DNA of 44,362 bases from Salpingoeca rosetta (Eukaryota > Protista > Choanoflagellata). The notes under the pieces are model-generated. The model saw only the letters and a list, made by a program, of their open reading frames with translations. It was not told the origin of the DNA and searched no databases. Every line of letters begins with the position of its first letter. Position 1 is the stretch's first letter. The stretch is from NCBI GenBank assembly GCA_033442325.1, contig JAWQFM010000007.1, positions 1,288,008 through 1,332,369 of the forward strand, given 5' to 3'. Position numbers and translations under genes: made by a program. Shown in pieces: positions 12,869-30,990 of the stretch.

Positions 12869-14713
12869 GTCGTGCTCACCTGTTCGTAGTTTGCCTTGAG
12901 CGTATCACGTTCTCTGCTCACTGTCTTCAGCCGCGCCTCCAGCTTGCCCATGCGCGCGCTGAACTCCGCACGAAGCACCTCAAGCTGCGCGTATACGTGC
13001 GTGTGCATGTGTGCGTATGTGTGCGTATGTTTGCATGTGTGCGTATGTGTATAAGCATGTGTGGGCAGTTGCAATAAATGCATGGGCTTCAAGTTGTGCG
13101 GAAGCAAACAATATCAGGGAGAACAGAGGGGCTGCACATGCGTGAAAACGCGAGACGCACACGCACACGCACATACATACACGTTGTCTCACCTCCGTTT
13201 CACTGTCACCCTCGCCATCGTCATCATCACCATCATCGTCATCACCACGAGTAGCGTCTTCAGCAGCATCGTCATTCACAGCAGAACCATGCCTTGCATC
13301 CTGGTTGCGTGTGTCATCCCCACCACCATCATTGCCTTCTCCATCATGACCGTGTTCATTGGCACCACCAACGTGTCTCCCTCCCAGTGCGACACCGCCA
13401 CCACTGTTGCTGCCACCACTGTTGCTGCTACTGCCCATCTGCTCCACAGCTTCGGTAGTGGCGAATTTGTCCTCATGACAGTGTTGCTCCTCCTGCTCCT
13501 GCCCCTGCTTCGTGTCCTCGTCATCGCCCGCCAGCACGGCTGGGCCCTGACCCGGGCCGCTGTGCTCCTGGGTCAGTTTGTCGCTCTCTGATGCTTGTGC
13601 CTGCTCGCGTTGCTGCTGGTGCAGGGCTTGCGTGCCTTGTTCTGCAGAGACAGCCAATGAGGTGTCCGATGCACCCGCGTGCCCGTTGCCAACTGTACCA
13701 TGCGGCAACGGCTGTGCTCGATGCGCAGACGTGGCGGCGTCGTTGTCATCGCCGCCGCTGCCGCTTCCAGACGACGGGCTGGCTGTGCTGTCCGTGTTGG
13801 CACTCGAAGCGGGGTTTGCATTGCCGCTCACCCCTGCACCCGGCTGCTCTGCTGCTGGCGCAGACACGTCATCCCAATCGCTAAACTCCTGATGACGCGT
13901 ACGTAATGGCGCGTATATGTGCACACGTGTTTGCAGACATGGTTGCGCACATGCGTATGTGTGTATGTGAGTGTTGACGTTTGGTTGCGCGCATTCATCG
14001 TGTGCGCGCACGGGCATTGTATGCATTGTGTTGTGAGTTGCCTCTGCATGCGGCGTGAAATGCCCCATGTACGGAAAGAAAGGTGTGGTTGTGTGCCACG
14101 CAAGATCGATCAGCCGCATGAGTCAGAAGACGCACCTCATCTTGGCTCTGCCTTGAGCTGCTGCGTTTGCTCCGCCGCCCAAGTCTGCCTGCAGAGTGTT
14201 TTTTCTTTGGGGTTGCTCGCTGTGAGGTGGTGCGGCCCAACTTTCCCCGCGCTGAGCTGCTGCTGCTGCTGATACTGCTCGTTCGAGCAATTGGCTGCGT
14301 GTTGGCGGTGGTGTCGTCGTCTTCTGGTGGGGTGTCATCTGGTTCCCCGGCAAGCACAAGCTCCGGCGGCAACGCTGACGGCACTTGTGATTTGGCTTTG
14401 TTTTTCTTGTTGTCTGTGAGTTGGAGGGCATAAAGAGCAAGGAGGGGAGCAGCGATGTGCGTGAACACACGAATGAGAGTCGTGTCGGCTGCGTGCTGAT
14501 CATGTGTATGTGTGTTTGTGTGTGTATGTGTATGTGTATGTGCTTGTGTATGTGTGTATGTGCGTGTGTATGTGTGTGTGTGTATGTGTGTGTGCAGCAA
14601 ACAAACAACCCAGCAAGCAAGCCCACCACACCTGAGAACAGCGTGGAGGGATCTTCCTGGATGTCCAGCGTCTTGTCAATCTGCTTGACGACGCTCTGTA
14701 GCCATGATGTCAT
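7636..14713 (-). CDS. TMF1: TATA element modulatory factor 1-like golgin (TMF1/Sgm1 family), about 18 exons
   Basis: N-terminus [20 protein letters not shown] (14713-14632). TMF_DNA_bd-like [19 protein letters not shown] (12337-12170). Conserved [13 protein letters not shown] exon near 9577. C-terminal TMF_TATA_bd-like [30 protein letters not shown] (7798-7636). The intervening short exons encode coiled coil and splice in phase. Confidence 0.9.
11068..11170. repeat. Minisatellite, about 4 copies of agttgcacaagt(ac)n
   Basis: Directly visible in a TMF1 intron, next to a long (CA)n. Confidence 0.85.
12648..12868. repeat. Intronic (CAA)n, read as (GTT)n on the TMF1 sense strand, with CTTAAA interruptions
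   Basis: Directly visible; abuts the minus-strand donor at 12879. Confidence 0.95.
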
Positions 14714-14877
14714 GGTGCCAACTTCCTCTCTTCCTCTCTCTCTGCTGCTTCAGCCAAGCCGACAAGCAAAAGGTCGCACAACTCGCTCGCTCGCTTCGTT
14801 GATGTCGTTCTTCTTGGTTGTCGTGCCGATTATTTATGCAAGTTTTGCGCAAATCGCCAAGACTTGCACTTGCCAAG

Positions 14878-16172
14878 ATGAGCGAGAATGGTGGTGCGAA
14901 CAGCGGCACGACAGCAGGGTCCGCCAACAGTGCCCAGCGTGGTGGCGTTGGAAAGCTGAGCAGTAGGGAGGAAGAGCTGCGGCGTGTGTTTCGAGGATTC
15001 CAGTCGCTCTTCCAGCAAGCGGAGCAACCTGCACGTCGCAAATTTCCCCTTGAGTGGTATGAAAGAGAGAGTGCGTGTGTGTGTGTGTGTGCTTGTGTGT
15101 GTGTGTGTGTGTGTGAGTGTTCTTGTGTGTGCGAGTGAGTGCGTGCTTGTGTGTGTGTGTGTGAGCGAGTGAGTGTTGTTTGTACTTGTGGGTGTTCTTT
15201 GTTTGTGCTTGTAGCGTGTGTGTGTGTTCCTTGTTCTTGTGTTTGTGCTGTTGTCTGTGTGTGTGCTTGTATGTGCGATTCATCGTTGTATACTTGCGCG
15301 CTTGTGTTTTCGTGGCCCCACACGCTGGAGCAATGTAATGTGAGGCTCGTTTGTTTCCTGTTGCTGTGCTTGCACCTGCGCCTGCGCTGGTAAGCTGACT
15401 TGTTGAGTTTGGTTTGTTGGTGACGTGCAATGTCAGGCATGCTGGTCGCTTGTTCCTGGCGCTGTTGACACCCATGGTGACCTGGGCTGGGCTCAAATAT
15501 GCGGAGTGGAAACTGACGGCCAAACACAACGGCAGCAGCATTGAGGAAGAGCTTGGCAGGCGAATGGGCGGTATTGTTACCGAGGATGGTGACACCAGCG
15601 AGGTATGCAACCGCGCACGTGTGTGTGTGTGTGCATGCGCGTGTGTGCGTGTGCTCTGCTTGTGCTTGTGTGTTTGTTTGTGTGTTTGTGTATGTGCTGC
15701 ATACGTTTGTTCACTTGCGCGTTCTCCCTCTCTCTGTCTGTGCCTGTTTGTGCTTGTCTGTCTGGTTCTCTCTCACTCTCTCGCTCTCACTCACACACAC
15801 ACATACACACACACACTCTCTCTCTCCCTCTCCCCTGTGTTGGGTTGTTCCTGCTCGCCATTCTGTCTTATCGCTGCTTTGTTGCGTGCACTCTACTTGC
15901 AGACGTCGACGGCAGGGACATCTTGGTCACAAGAACACAAGACCCAGCAACTTGATGAAAGATTACAGTGAGTGTCCTCTGTCTCCTAGACATTGCATGC
16001 AACGTGCTTAACTGCCACGTGCACACATGTGCCTTTCTTCCCACACGACGTACGCTCACGCGCTTACTGCTCTCTGGCGACTTTGTTCGAGCGCACAGGA
16101 ATGTTGAATCGAAGCTGGGCACGCTGCTGTCCATGCTGGGCACGCAACAACAACAACAACAACAACAACAGC

Positions 16173-16227
<55 letters not shown>

Positions 16228-16229
16228 GC

Positions 16230-16260
<31 letters not shown>

Positions 16261-16262
16261 GC

Positions 16263-16293
<31 letters not shown>

Positions 16294-16453
16294 GCCAACA
16301 GAGGGTTCAGTGGATACTCGGGATTCCAGTAAGCCAGAGTCAGCTCGTGCACAACAGTCGTCATCGTCATCGCGACCCTCACCATCATCAGCATCATCAG
16401 CGACAGCAGCAGCAGAAACACCTTCGCAGAAGCCTCCACCATCGGCGTCGTAG
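14878..16453 (+). CDS. Uncharacterised small protein with one hydrophobic segment, a short coiled coil and a polyQ tail
   Basis: Exons 14878-15056, 15437-15602, 15903-15967, 16099-16453 splice in frame: ...RKFPLEWHAGRLFLALLTPMVTWAGLKYAEWKL...QQLDERLQNVESKLGTLL, then about 50 Gln. Confidence 0.75.
16145..16294 (+). repeat. Coding (CAA)n, about 50 Gln
   Basis: In frame in the last exon of the 14878-16453 gene. Confidence 0.93.
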
Positions 16454-16906
16454 TGTTGCATGCATCATACTGATCTTGAGATGTCGCTTCATGTCTACCG
16501 CCGTCACAGCTTCACACCGATAGTTTGCCAATGTCGTGTCTGTGCATGCCACCCTTATTTGGTTCTTCTACCCCCATGACCCCCCCCCCAACTATGCGCG
16601 CATCCTCGAGCTTCCCTTCCCCTCTTCTCCATCGGCGTCACGCAATTTCCACAGCAACTAGTGTAATAACAGCAGGAACAGCCTGGTTGTTGCAAGTACA
16701 CGTGTCACACCAAAGGTCCGCCATAAAGCCAGACGCACAGCCGTGCACACACGCAAACATAAACATGTATGACGGAGCGCCGTTTACGCGTGTAAACCGC
16801 TTGTGTCAGACAGTCACACATGGGGGCAACGTGTTCAACTATTGAATCTCTCCACATCAGAGTCCACGAGAGCGTGTCAGTTGGACGAGAAGCGGGCGTG
16901 GCCCCC

Positions 16907-17660
16907 TCATGCCTTCTTGGAAGATGCTTTCGCCATGGTGTTGATGCGCTGTGTGTACGCAAACTCTTGCTCCTGAAGCAGACAAGCACGACACGTGAGG
17001 GGTTCAAACGTGACACGCACAAGTGGTGTGTGTAGTGTGTGTGTGTGTATTGTATGTGTGTGTAGTGTAGTAGTGTAGTGTAGTGTGTAGTGTAGTGAAG
17101 TGCAGTGTAGTGTAGTGTAGTGTAGTGTAGTGTAGTGTAGTGTAGTGAAGTGAAGTGCAGTGTAGTGTCATGTCGTGTACACTTGCAGGTGCACGTGCAT
17201 GGCAAGCGGCGTACGCACGTGTGTGATGTAAGGGTTGGAGAGGATAACGTGGTTGTTTGCGACGCGATCAAAGTACTTCATGGTGTTTTGTTTCCGGGTT
17301 TGTGAGTATTTCCAGATCTTGCGGTCCTTGCTGCACGGTGGACGCGCGAGACAAAAACAAAACCAAACGCACACGCGTGTCACAAGTGGGTTGTGTTGTG
17401 TAAGAAAGAGCATCAAAGCGTCAAAAGGAAAAAGAAAAAAGAACAACAACACATGCACATCCACGACAAACACACCCGACACACGCATGCACAGACACAA
17501 ACAAACATACACGACAAATCCACACGCATGTACACGCATGTGCATGCACATCGACGACAAACACACCCGACACAGACACAGACACACGCATACACACGTA
17601 CCCGATCCATTGCCTGCCGGAGAAGGCACGGCTGCTGAGTGCCACCAAGCTGCGCCTCAT
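16907..17660 (-). CDS. MRPL57: Mitochondrial ribosomal protein mL63 (MRPL57/MRP63), 78 aa
   Basis: Exons 17660-17602, 17330-17219, 16972-16907 give MRRSLVALSSRAFSGRQWIGKDRKIWKYSQTRKQNTMKYFDRVANNHVILSNPYITHEQEFAYTQRINTMAKASSKKA*. This matches the animal mL63 motifs GRQWIGK, KQN, NH..LS.PY.T.EQE as I recall them. Confidence 0.88.
17060..17168. repeat. (GTAGT)n pentanucleotide repeat in MRPL57 intron 2
   Basis: Directly visible; reads (ACTAC)n on the sense strand. Confidence 0.9.
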
Positions 17661-17743
17661 TGTCTTCTTCCTCCCTTTCCTTCTCGTCGTGGTGTGTTGC
17701 AGGCAGCGTGTTGTGAAAATTGACCAATATCACCAGCAAAAAA

Positions 17744-17756
17744 TCTGCTTGGCGAC
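17744..17756. promoter_or_regulatory. Candidate RFX X-box-like site in the MRPL57/inversin divergent promoter
   Basis: TCTGCTTGGCGAC (reverse complement GTCGCCAAGCAGA) resembles GTYRCC-N-RGYAAC with one degenerate half-site, about 230 nt upstream of a cilia-associated gene. Confidence 0.3.
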
Positions 17757-17982
17757 AACGCTACCTCGAACCTGGGGCGCCACAACCACACACAACAACA
17801 CACGCACACGCACGCCCCGCACTCACACTCGCTGCCTCTCAGCCATCCACTCCAGCCAGCACTGAAGCTGTTGTTGTTGTCTGTGCAGTGCACTGTGAAC
17901 TCTCTTCATCACCCTGTCGTTGTGTTGTTACCAAAAACTTCGCCTCCTCCCCTCCCGCTCGTAGAAGAAGCAAGGAGAAGTG

Positions 17983-20900
17983 ATGACAACCCCAATCACA
18001 ACCGCAGAGATGATGGAGGAGATGGGCAGCATGGTGCACGAGGATCCACCCGCCATGGACCTGCAAGATCACCCGCTCCACATGCACGTGCGTCTCAAGA
18101 ACAAGACAAAGGTCACAGAACTTTTGGACGCAGGCGCTGATCCAAACGCATGTGCAGAAGGCAATGTCACGCCGCTCATGTGCGCCATTGTCGAAAACTC
18201 TCAAGTATGTTGTGTTGTGTTGTGGTGTGTTTTTGGGGTGTTGTGTTGTGCTGAATACGCCGACTTGGTTGCATTGTTATGCGTATCCGATCAACAAGCG
18301 TTGCGTGCGTGTGCGGGTCTCACCTTGATATGGCTTGCGTTGACTGTGTTGCGCTGCACCGACAGGACCTCGTGCAATTGCTGGTATCGCGTGGTGCAGA
18401 CCTGAACTTTCAGGATGAGGATGGCCTGTCCCCCTGCCATTGGGCTGTCACTCACCAATACCACAGCGTACGTGAGGAGAGCGTTGGGGGGTGGGGAGGG
18501 GGAATGGATGCGGGCGCACGTGTGTGTGTGTGTAAGTACGTGTGTGCATGTGTGTGAGCATAAGTGTGCACGTGTGTGTGTGTAAGTACGTGTGTGCATG
18601 TGTGCATAAGTGTGCACGTATGTACATGTGCGTGTGTACATTTGCGTGTGTACCTAAGTGTGTACATGTGTACGAGCATGTGTGTGCGTGTGTGTGCACG
18701 TGTACACGTCGTGGTTTTGTGCCCGACACCGTGTGTTTTTGCACGTTGTGAGCAAGACGTGTGTGAGGTGTGATATTGATGCCCATCTGTCTCATGGGGC
18801 AAATGGATGTTGTGCCATGGTGCCCTGGGCTCACTTGCTGGCATGTGTGTGTCCATCCTGCAGTTGTTGAAGCAGCTGTTGAAACTTGGAGCAAACTGTG
18901 GCCTGCCTGACAAAGATGGGCGCTCCCCAGTGCACTGGGCCACAACAGTGGAGAGCACAAAGTGCCTCCAGCTCTTGTGCAAGAACTTGGCACGAACAGC
19001 ACCTGCAGAACTTGACGCCAAGGACATCAACGACATGACTCCCTTGGTCCGTGCGTGTGCGTGTGTGTTTGAACTCTTCGCTTCAATCGTTTGCTCCTGT
19101 TGCCCACCTTCGTTCTCCCTCTTTCGCAACCACCCACCTGCTATCCCGCTGCCCGCTCGCTTCATCTCGCGCATGCGTGTACTCACGCACAACCACACGC
19201 ACACATGCATTTACACGCACACAAATACATACAAACACAACCACACAAACATATATACACACAACACACGCTGCAGTTGTGGGCGGTGACGCAGAGCAAA
19301 CCGCGGCACGTGAATGTTCTGCTCAAATACGACATTGACATTCAAGGGCGCGACCGCTTTGGCCGTTCAGCGGTGCTCTGCGCTGCAGAGTTGGAGGACA
19401 GCACTTGCATTCAGTACGCTATCGTTGGTGGTGGTGGTGGTGGTGGTGGTGATGGTGGTGCTACTGCTGCTGCTGCTCCTGGTTGTCGTGTTTTCCACCA
19501 CGAGCTTGTGTTTGTACAACCGACGTGTCTCGGTTATTTGGTTTTTCATTGCATCGAATCTCACGCTCATGCTCAAATCGCTGGCGCAACAACACCAACA
19601 ACGCAGGCTGCTGCTTGAAACGACGACAGAGCACCTGGAAGACACAGACGATCAGGGCCGAACGCCACTCATCATCAGCGTCGCAAACCGTACGTTCCCG
19701 TATTCATGTGTGTGCGTGTGTGTTTGTGCGTGCGTACGTGTACACGTGGTTGTGTTATGTTTCCATCTGTTCGCTCTGCGCCGCCGAAAGTTGATTTCGT
19801 GAAATTGTTGCTGCAAGGATCAGCGTCTTGCACTCACATACACAACCAACCAACCAACCAACCAACCAACCAACCAACCAACCAACCAACCAACCAACCA
19901 ACCAACAGAGCGGGTAAAGTCGGTGAAGCAGCTGCTGTTCTCTGGTGCGAATGTCAATGCACAGGACGAGAGTGGACACACGGCGCTGCACTGGGCATGC
20001 GCCCTCGGGGACACCAAGCTCTCCACCATGTTGCTCAATGCTGGTGCAGATCCGCACGTCACAGACAGCCAGGGCCTCAACTGCCTCCACTACAGCATGC
20101 AGGTACACCCCCTCATACACACACGCACGCACACAAACGCAAATGACTTGAACACATGGACACATCCGTGTACAACCAACATCCCCCACACGCGCGCACG
20201 AGACTCATGCATACACCAATGTCATGCGACGCCTCGTGTTCTCGCCTCGCAACTGCACTGCTTGTTGCTGTCGTTGCAGGGGGAGGCAGGCATTGTGGCC
20301 CTGCTGGCCAAGGAAATGACATCTCTGGATGACGTCACGCGCGATGGACAAAACGCGTTTATGTTAGGCGCCATTGCCGGGTCTCTTCCTCTCCTGCGCG
20401 CACTCCTCGCGACGGGGAAGCAGATTGGCCTCAACGCCGCAGACAACGACGTCAGGGCTTGTCGCTGTTGTTTAAGTTGTTGTTTAAGTTGTTGTTGTTG
20501 TTTAAGTTGTTGTTTAAGTTGTTGTTGCTTGTTGTTGTTGTTGTTTGAGTTGTTGTTGTTTAAGTTGTTGTTGGTTACGCATGCACGTGCAATGCTTCGC
20601 ATTGATGCATGTTGTGGTTGTTCAAGTCGTGCCGGGCTTCGTTGCCTCATGCCTTGTGTATTGTGTTGCATCTTGTTGGCTGTTTGCACAGGGCCGGACT
20701 GCACTGCACCTCGCGTTTATGTCAGAGGCAAAGGAAGCCGCGCAGTTGATTCTCTCGTGCAATGCTTCGCATTGATGCATGTTGTGGTTGTTCAAGTCGT
20801 GCCGGGCTTCGTTGCCTCATGCCTTGTGTATTGTGTTGCATCTTGTTGGCTGTTTGCACAGGGCCGGACTGCACTGCACCTCGCGTTTATGTCAGAGGCA

Positions 20901-21517
20901 AAGGAAGCCGCGCAGTTGATTCTCTCGCTCCCGTCCATCGACGTCAACACCCAAGACAACGATGGCAAGGTGCAGTCGCATAGGAGATGCTATCATGTCT
21001 CTTGCGCAAACAACAGCCCGTGTTTGTCTCAAACGTATCACGACGCACGAGACACGTCTTGACACACACACACACACATATCACACACACACACATATCA
21101 CACACACACACATATCACACACACACATATCACACACACACATATATTTCACACACATTTCACACACACATGCATTCCACACATATGCATTCCACAAACA
21201 CACCCTCACATGCATCTTACACACACATGCGCGCATACACGTGGTGGACTGACGCCTCTATTTAGGTGCCCGCATTCTACTGCCTTGAGTCTGGATACAC
21301 GGAGCTGTTAAAGGCGCTGGAGGAGCAGGGGGCGGTGTTGAGTCTGCAGGACAACGACGGGCAGTCGCTGCTGCATTTGGCCGCCATCCACGGCAACACC
21401 GCCGCAATGCAATGGCTGCTGCAGGAGGGACTCGATGCTGGTGAGAGCAGAGCATGTGGTCACACTCGCACTCACGGGTGCTCGAGACACTGCGCCAAGT
21501 TTGCTTCACATGAACTT

Positions 21518-21584
<67 letters not shown>

Positions 21585-23399
21585 CACACACACACACCCA
21601 CTGACATGCACACACGCACTGACATGCACACACACACACACGCACTGACACACACACACACACACACGCACTGACACACACACACACACACAACACTCGA
21701 CTTTATGATTGGAACCACGACGCCGTGGCTCAATGTTCTCACGCTGTTGCGCCGCACCACGTGCAATACCTTATGGTCCCAATTGCAGACTTGACAGACA
21801 ACGACGGCAAGACAGCGCTCGCGTATGCCGCGCACATGAATGTCGTTGACGGTGTCGCCGTTCTGCTGGATCACGGCGCTGATGTGTCCCTGCCGGATCC
21901 AGATGGCGTCACGCCGCTCCACTGGGCCGCGCTACAGGTGAGCTCGCTTCTGCCATGCTGCTACGCACACGTTGGAAGCATGCGCTCGCTTGTGAGAGTG
22001 TGCACTCTCAGCTCCGTGTGGGGTCATGTTGATGGAGACTTTTGACCTCGTTGACATCCTACACTCCATTTCATTCCCCAACACACACACACACACACAC
22101 ACCTACTCATGTTATCGTACACACTCACGCGACTTTTCATGCACCTACACATTCACTCGCACGCATTCACTCACATCTAGGGCAACAAAGACGTGGTTGA
22201 GATGCTTCTGCTGAATGGTGCTGCTGTAAACGCTCGTGAAACAAACGGGAACGAGTCGACACCGTTTGACTACGCCATGTTCGCCGCGCATGAGGACATT
22301 GCAGCCCTCATCGTGAGTGCACGCTCGCTTCCACGATGCTACAACACAAGCTCAATGCACGGCATGACATGCATCGTGTTGTTGCAGCTTGCTTTGTTTC
22401 TCCGCCACCCCCATTACACCCGGACACATTCACAAACACACAAACACACAAACAAACACACACACACACAAACATACGCGCATGCTCAAACACATACGCG
22501 CACGCGCTGTCTGTCTTGCTCACCATGGTGTGCTGCTCGTGGCGTTGTCTGCTTCTTCTTCTTCTTCTTCTTCTTATGCAATGCCCAGTCTGAGCATGGT
22601 GGCCACGGGATCCTTGACCTAAAGGACATTGCGGCCAAGCGCATACAGCGCAGCTTTCGGCGGTGGCGCAAGCACAAGAACGCTGGCAGCACTGGCAGCA
22701 CGGGCGATGGTGGTGTGAAGGCGGGGGAGTCAGTGGATGTGCACGAGAAGAAAGCCGTGGCCGAGGCTTCCTCGAAGAAGAGCAGTGCTGGCAGCAGCGA
22801 CAACAGCAAGGGGAAGGGAGCGCAGGCGGAGAGGAAGGGACGGGCTGTGAAACAGAAGAAGAAAAAGCAAGTGACGCGCAAACCGACGGCGCAGGAAGTG
22901 GCAGCGGCTGTACGCATCCAAGCACGCATCCGTGGGTACAAAACACGCAAGGAGTTTGCAGTGCTCAAGCAACAGGCCATGGACAAGCAGAAACGCGTGG
23001 CGCAAGAAGAACAGAGAAAGGCCGCCATTGCACAGTAAGAACATGCTGTTGCACGTGATTGATTGATTGTTTGCTTGCATTGCTTGTTTGTGACGCGTGG
23101 GTGTTCATGTGCAAGGTGGACGTACACTTACACTTGCCTTGTCACTTCGGGCTTCACATGTGCCATGTTACATTCCGCGCCACCAACAGGGCCAACGCTG
23201 CGAATCAGGCAATGGTGCGCGCAGCCCAGCAGCGCCGCGACGCCGTGCGACAGGAGCGGAAACGCCTCTCCTGTGTCCGCGAGTCGATGAATGTGCGTGG
23301 CCTGAAACTTGCACACGCACACTTCCTCACACACACACACACACACACACTCTCTCTCTCTCTCGTGTGCTTGTGCTAATGGACACACACACGCACGCG

Positions 23400-23431
<32 letters not shown>

Positions 23432-23910
23432 CACTCACTCATACGTGTCCGTGGGCAACTTCTTCTCTGTCTGCGTGTGCACACCATCATCAGGCGGCGA
23501 CGGTGATTCAGCGGGCGTTCCGGAGATGGCGGCTGCAGCCGAAGAAGACAGACACAAGTCAGTCACCAGCAAACACATCAACACGAGGCGTTGGAAAGGC
23601 GCGCGCCGGAACGCAGCGGGCGCAGGCATCACAGCGCGGGCGACAGCAGCAGCGGAAACAAGGGCGCACACCATCGCGAACACCACGAGAAAATGCCGCA
23701 TCAACACGGCGGAAAACGCCACAGCGACTCTCTCCTCTCAAATACTCCGCCATCCAGCGCAAGGTCGGGCAGCCGTGCCGTGTATGAGCAGTTACGTGCA
23801 TGTGTGTGCGTGTGTGCTTGCTGGATGCGTGTGTGCACGCGTGTGCGCGCAACATAGTGTAACATATGGTGTGTACATGCGTGCATGTACACGCACTCAC
23901 CCACTCACGT

Positions 23911-23956
<46 letters not shown>

Positions 23957-24443
23957 CACACACACACACATATGTGCAGCTGCGCCGGCCAAAGTTTCCG
24001 AACACGTACACGGCTGGACGCGGGTATCTGAATCAGGACTTGGCGGCGCTTGCTTCCGTTGATCCGCAGTTGCGGGCAGCACTGCAATCTCGCACGCGTC
24101 GTGTGAGCGGAACCTCAACAGCCGCGTCAACACCACGCAGGTACTCGCAGCCGGTGGGCAGCAGTTCGAGGATGGTTGGCAATGGCAGCAGGACCAACAA
24201 CAGCATGCGCCACTACACCTCGGTGTCGGAAGTGCCGCTCAGCCCCACATCTCCTGTGAGCAAGCGAATGAGCGCCGGCGATGCGGCGTTCTTGTCCTCC
24301 AAGTTCAACACGGACCTTCAAGTTTCCTTGAAACGGCAGGCACAATCGCTCAGATTGAAGGTGCGCAATGTCACCCTCTGCTGTGCGAAGACTGTACAGG
24401 CTGACACACACGCACACACACACACACACACACCGCATACTGG

Positions 24444-24525
<82 letters not shown>

Positions 24526-24669
24526 CACTCCCTCCCTCCCTCACTCACCCACACGCATGCACATAATGTTTTTTTTTCCATGGTGTGGCTACAGCAATCT
24601 TCAAGAAATGGAGTACGTCAAGAGAGCAACGTTGTCACACTCCCTGCCATTCACTCTGTGACGCTGTAA
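17983..24669 (+). CDS. INVS: Inversin-like protein: long ankyrin-repeat array followed by three IQ motifs (16 exons)
   Basis: Exons approx. 17983-18204, 18366-18467, 18864-19046, 19277-19413, 19607-19689, 19909-20102, 20280-20450, 20862-20969, 21266-21440, 21789-21937, 22181-22312, 22589-23034, 23190-23292, 23494-23763, 23980-24360, 24595-24669. Repeated D..G.TALH.A ankyrin motifs. The junction [38 protein letters not shown] resembles the last-ANK/IQ1 junction of animal inversin. Further IQs: [16 protein letters not shown] and [13 protein letters not shown]. Confidence 0.82.
19843..19906. repeat. (CAAC)n tetranucleotide repeat abutting the acceptor at 19908
   Basis: Directly visible. Confidence 0.95.
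20586..20927 (+). repeat. Exact 170-bp tandem duplication spanning an intron 3' end and 65 nt of exon
   Basis: cgtgcaatgcttcgcatt...gttgattctctcg occurs at 20586 and again at 20756 (period 170). Confidence 0.96.
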
Positions 24670-25210
24670 TGCACCAACACCCTTTTCTGATGCAGCTCCA
24701 CTGCTTGCACCTGAATGTATCACGCACCCACTCCCTCCATTGTGAGTGCGAAAGCGAAAAGCGGTGCCCTTCCATACGACCATCCATCCTCTTTGCGTGC
24801 TTTCCTGTTTGTACATAGCCAATTCATCCGACACGCATGCTCGGTGTTGTTATCTTGACTGATGTGAATCGTCGTCCTATCTATGAATCCTGTTCCTTCT
24901 CAAGCCCCCTCTCGTTGCTGTCTTTCCTTTCCACCACTCGCCACATAAACAGCACAGCTTGTTGCAACTTACACCAACTGGTGGATACGTGTAATGTCGA
25001 GTCGCCCCCATTATACCAAGAGGGCGTGCAATCAATCACATCGTGATCCCAGCCCCCCAAGTATGTCTGGACAAGCAAAACGACCACAATCCGACACGTG
25101 CATGCCACCGAAAATGGCTGAAACACAGGGACACACGCACACACACACAGATACACACACACACAGATACACACACACACACGCACGCACGCAGTTACAG
25201 ACACACGCAT

Positions 25211-30482
<5,272 letters not shown>

Positions 30483-30990
30483 CCTCACACGCTCACACGA
30501 CCTTGGAACACAAGTCAAAGATGTGACACACACGCTGCTAAAGAGCGCACGCTTCTGTTTCCTGCTTCTTGCTTCTTACACAGAAGAAATGTGGCCATAT
30601 CACTGGCCAATTTTCCGTTTCACACAGCTTTGTGGGCGAGTTGGTTGGTGTTTTGGTTTTCCCCGCTCCGTTGCTTTTCCTGCTTCTCTTCTGCGCTGAT
30701 CAACCAACAACAGACCACCACACCCACCCTTTGTTGCTTGTTGTGCGTTGAGCGTGTGGTTTGTTCTTGTTGTTGGTGCTGTGGCTGACTTGAAGCCATC
30801 CCTGCCAAGCCCCAAATCCACCCGCTGTCTCAACGACAGGACAAGAGGCAGCCGCCGCTTGCCGTTGTGCTGTGCCGAAGCCTTCCTTTGCTTGCCGGCC
30901 TCTGCTCTTTTGGTTGCTTGCAAGCATTGCTGGCAAAGTGACCATCATCAGTCAGTCTTGTGCAGCAACGGCAGGAGTAGAGCAAAAACA

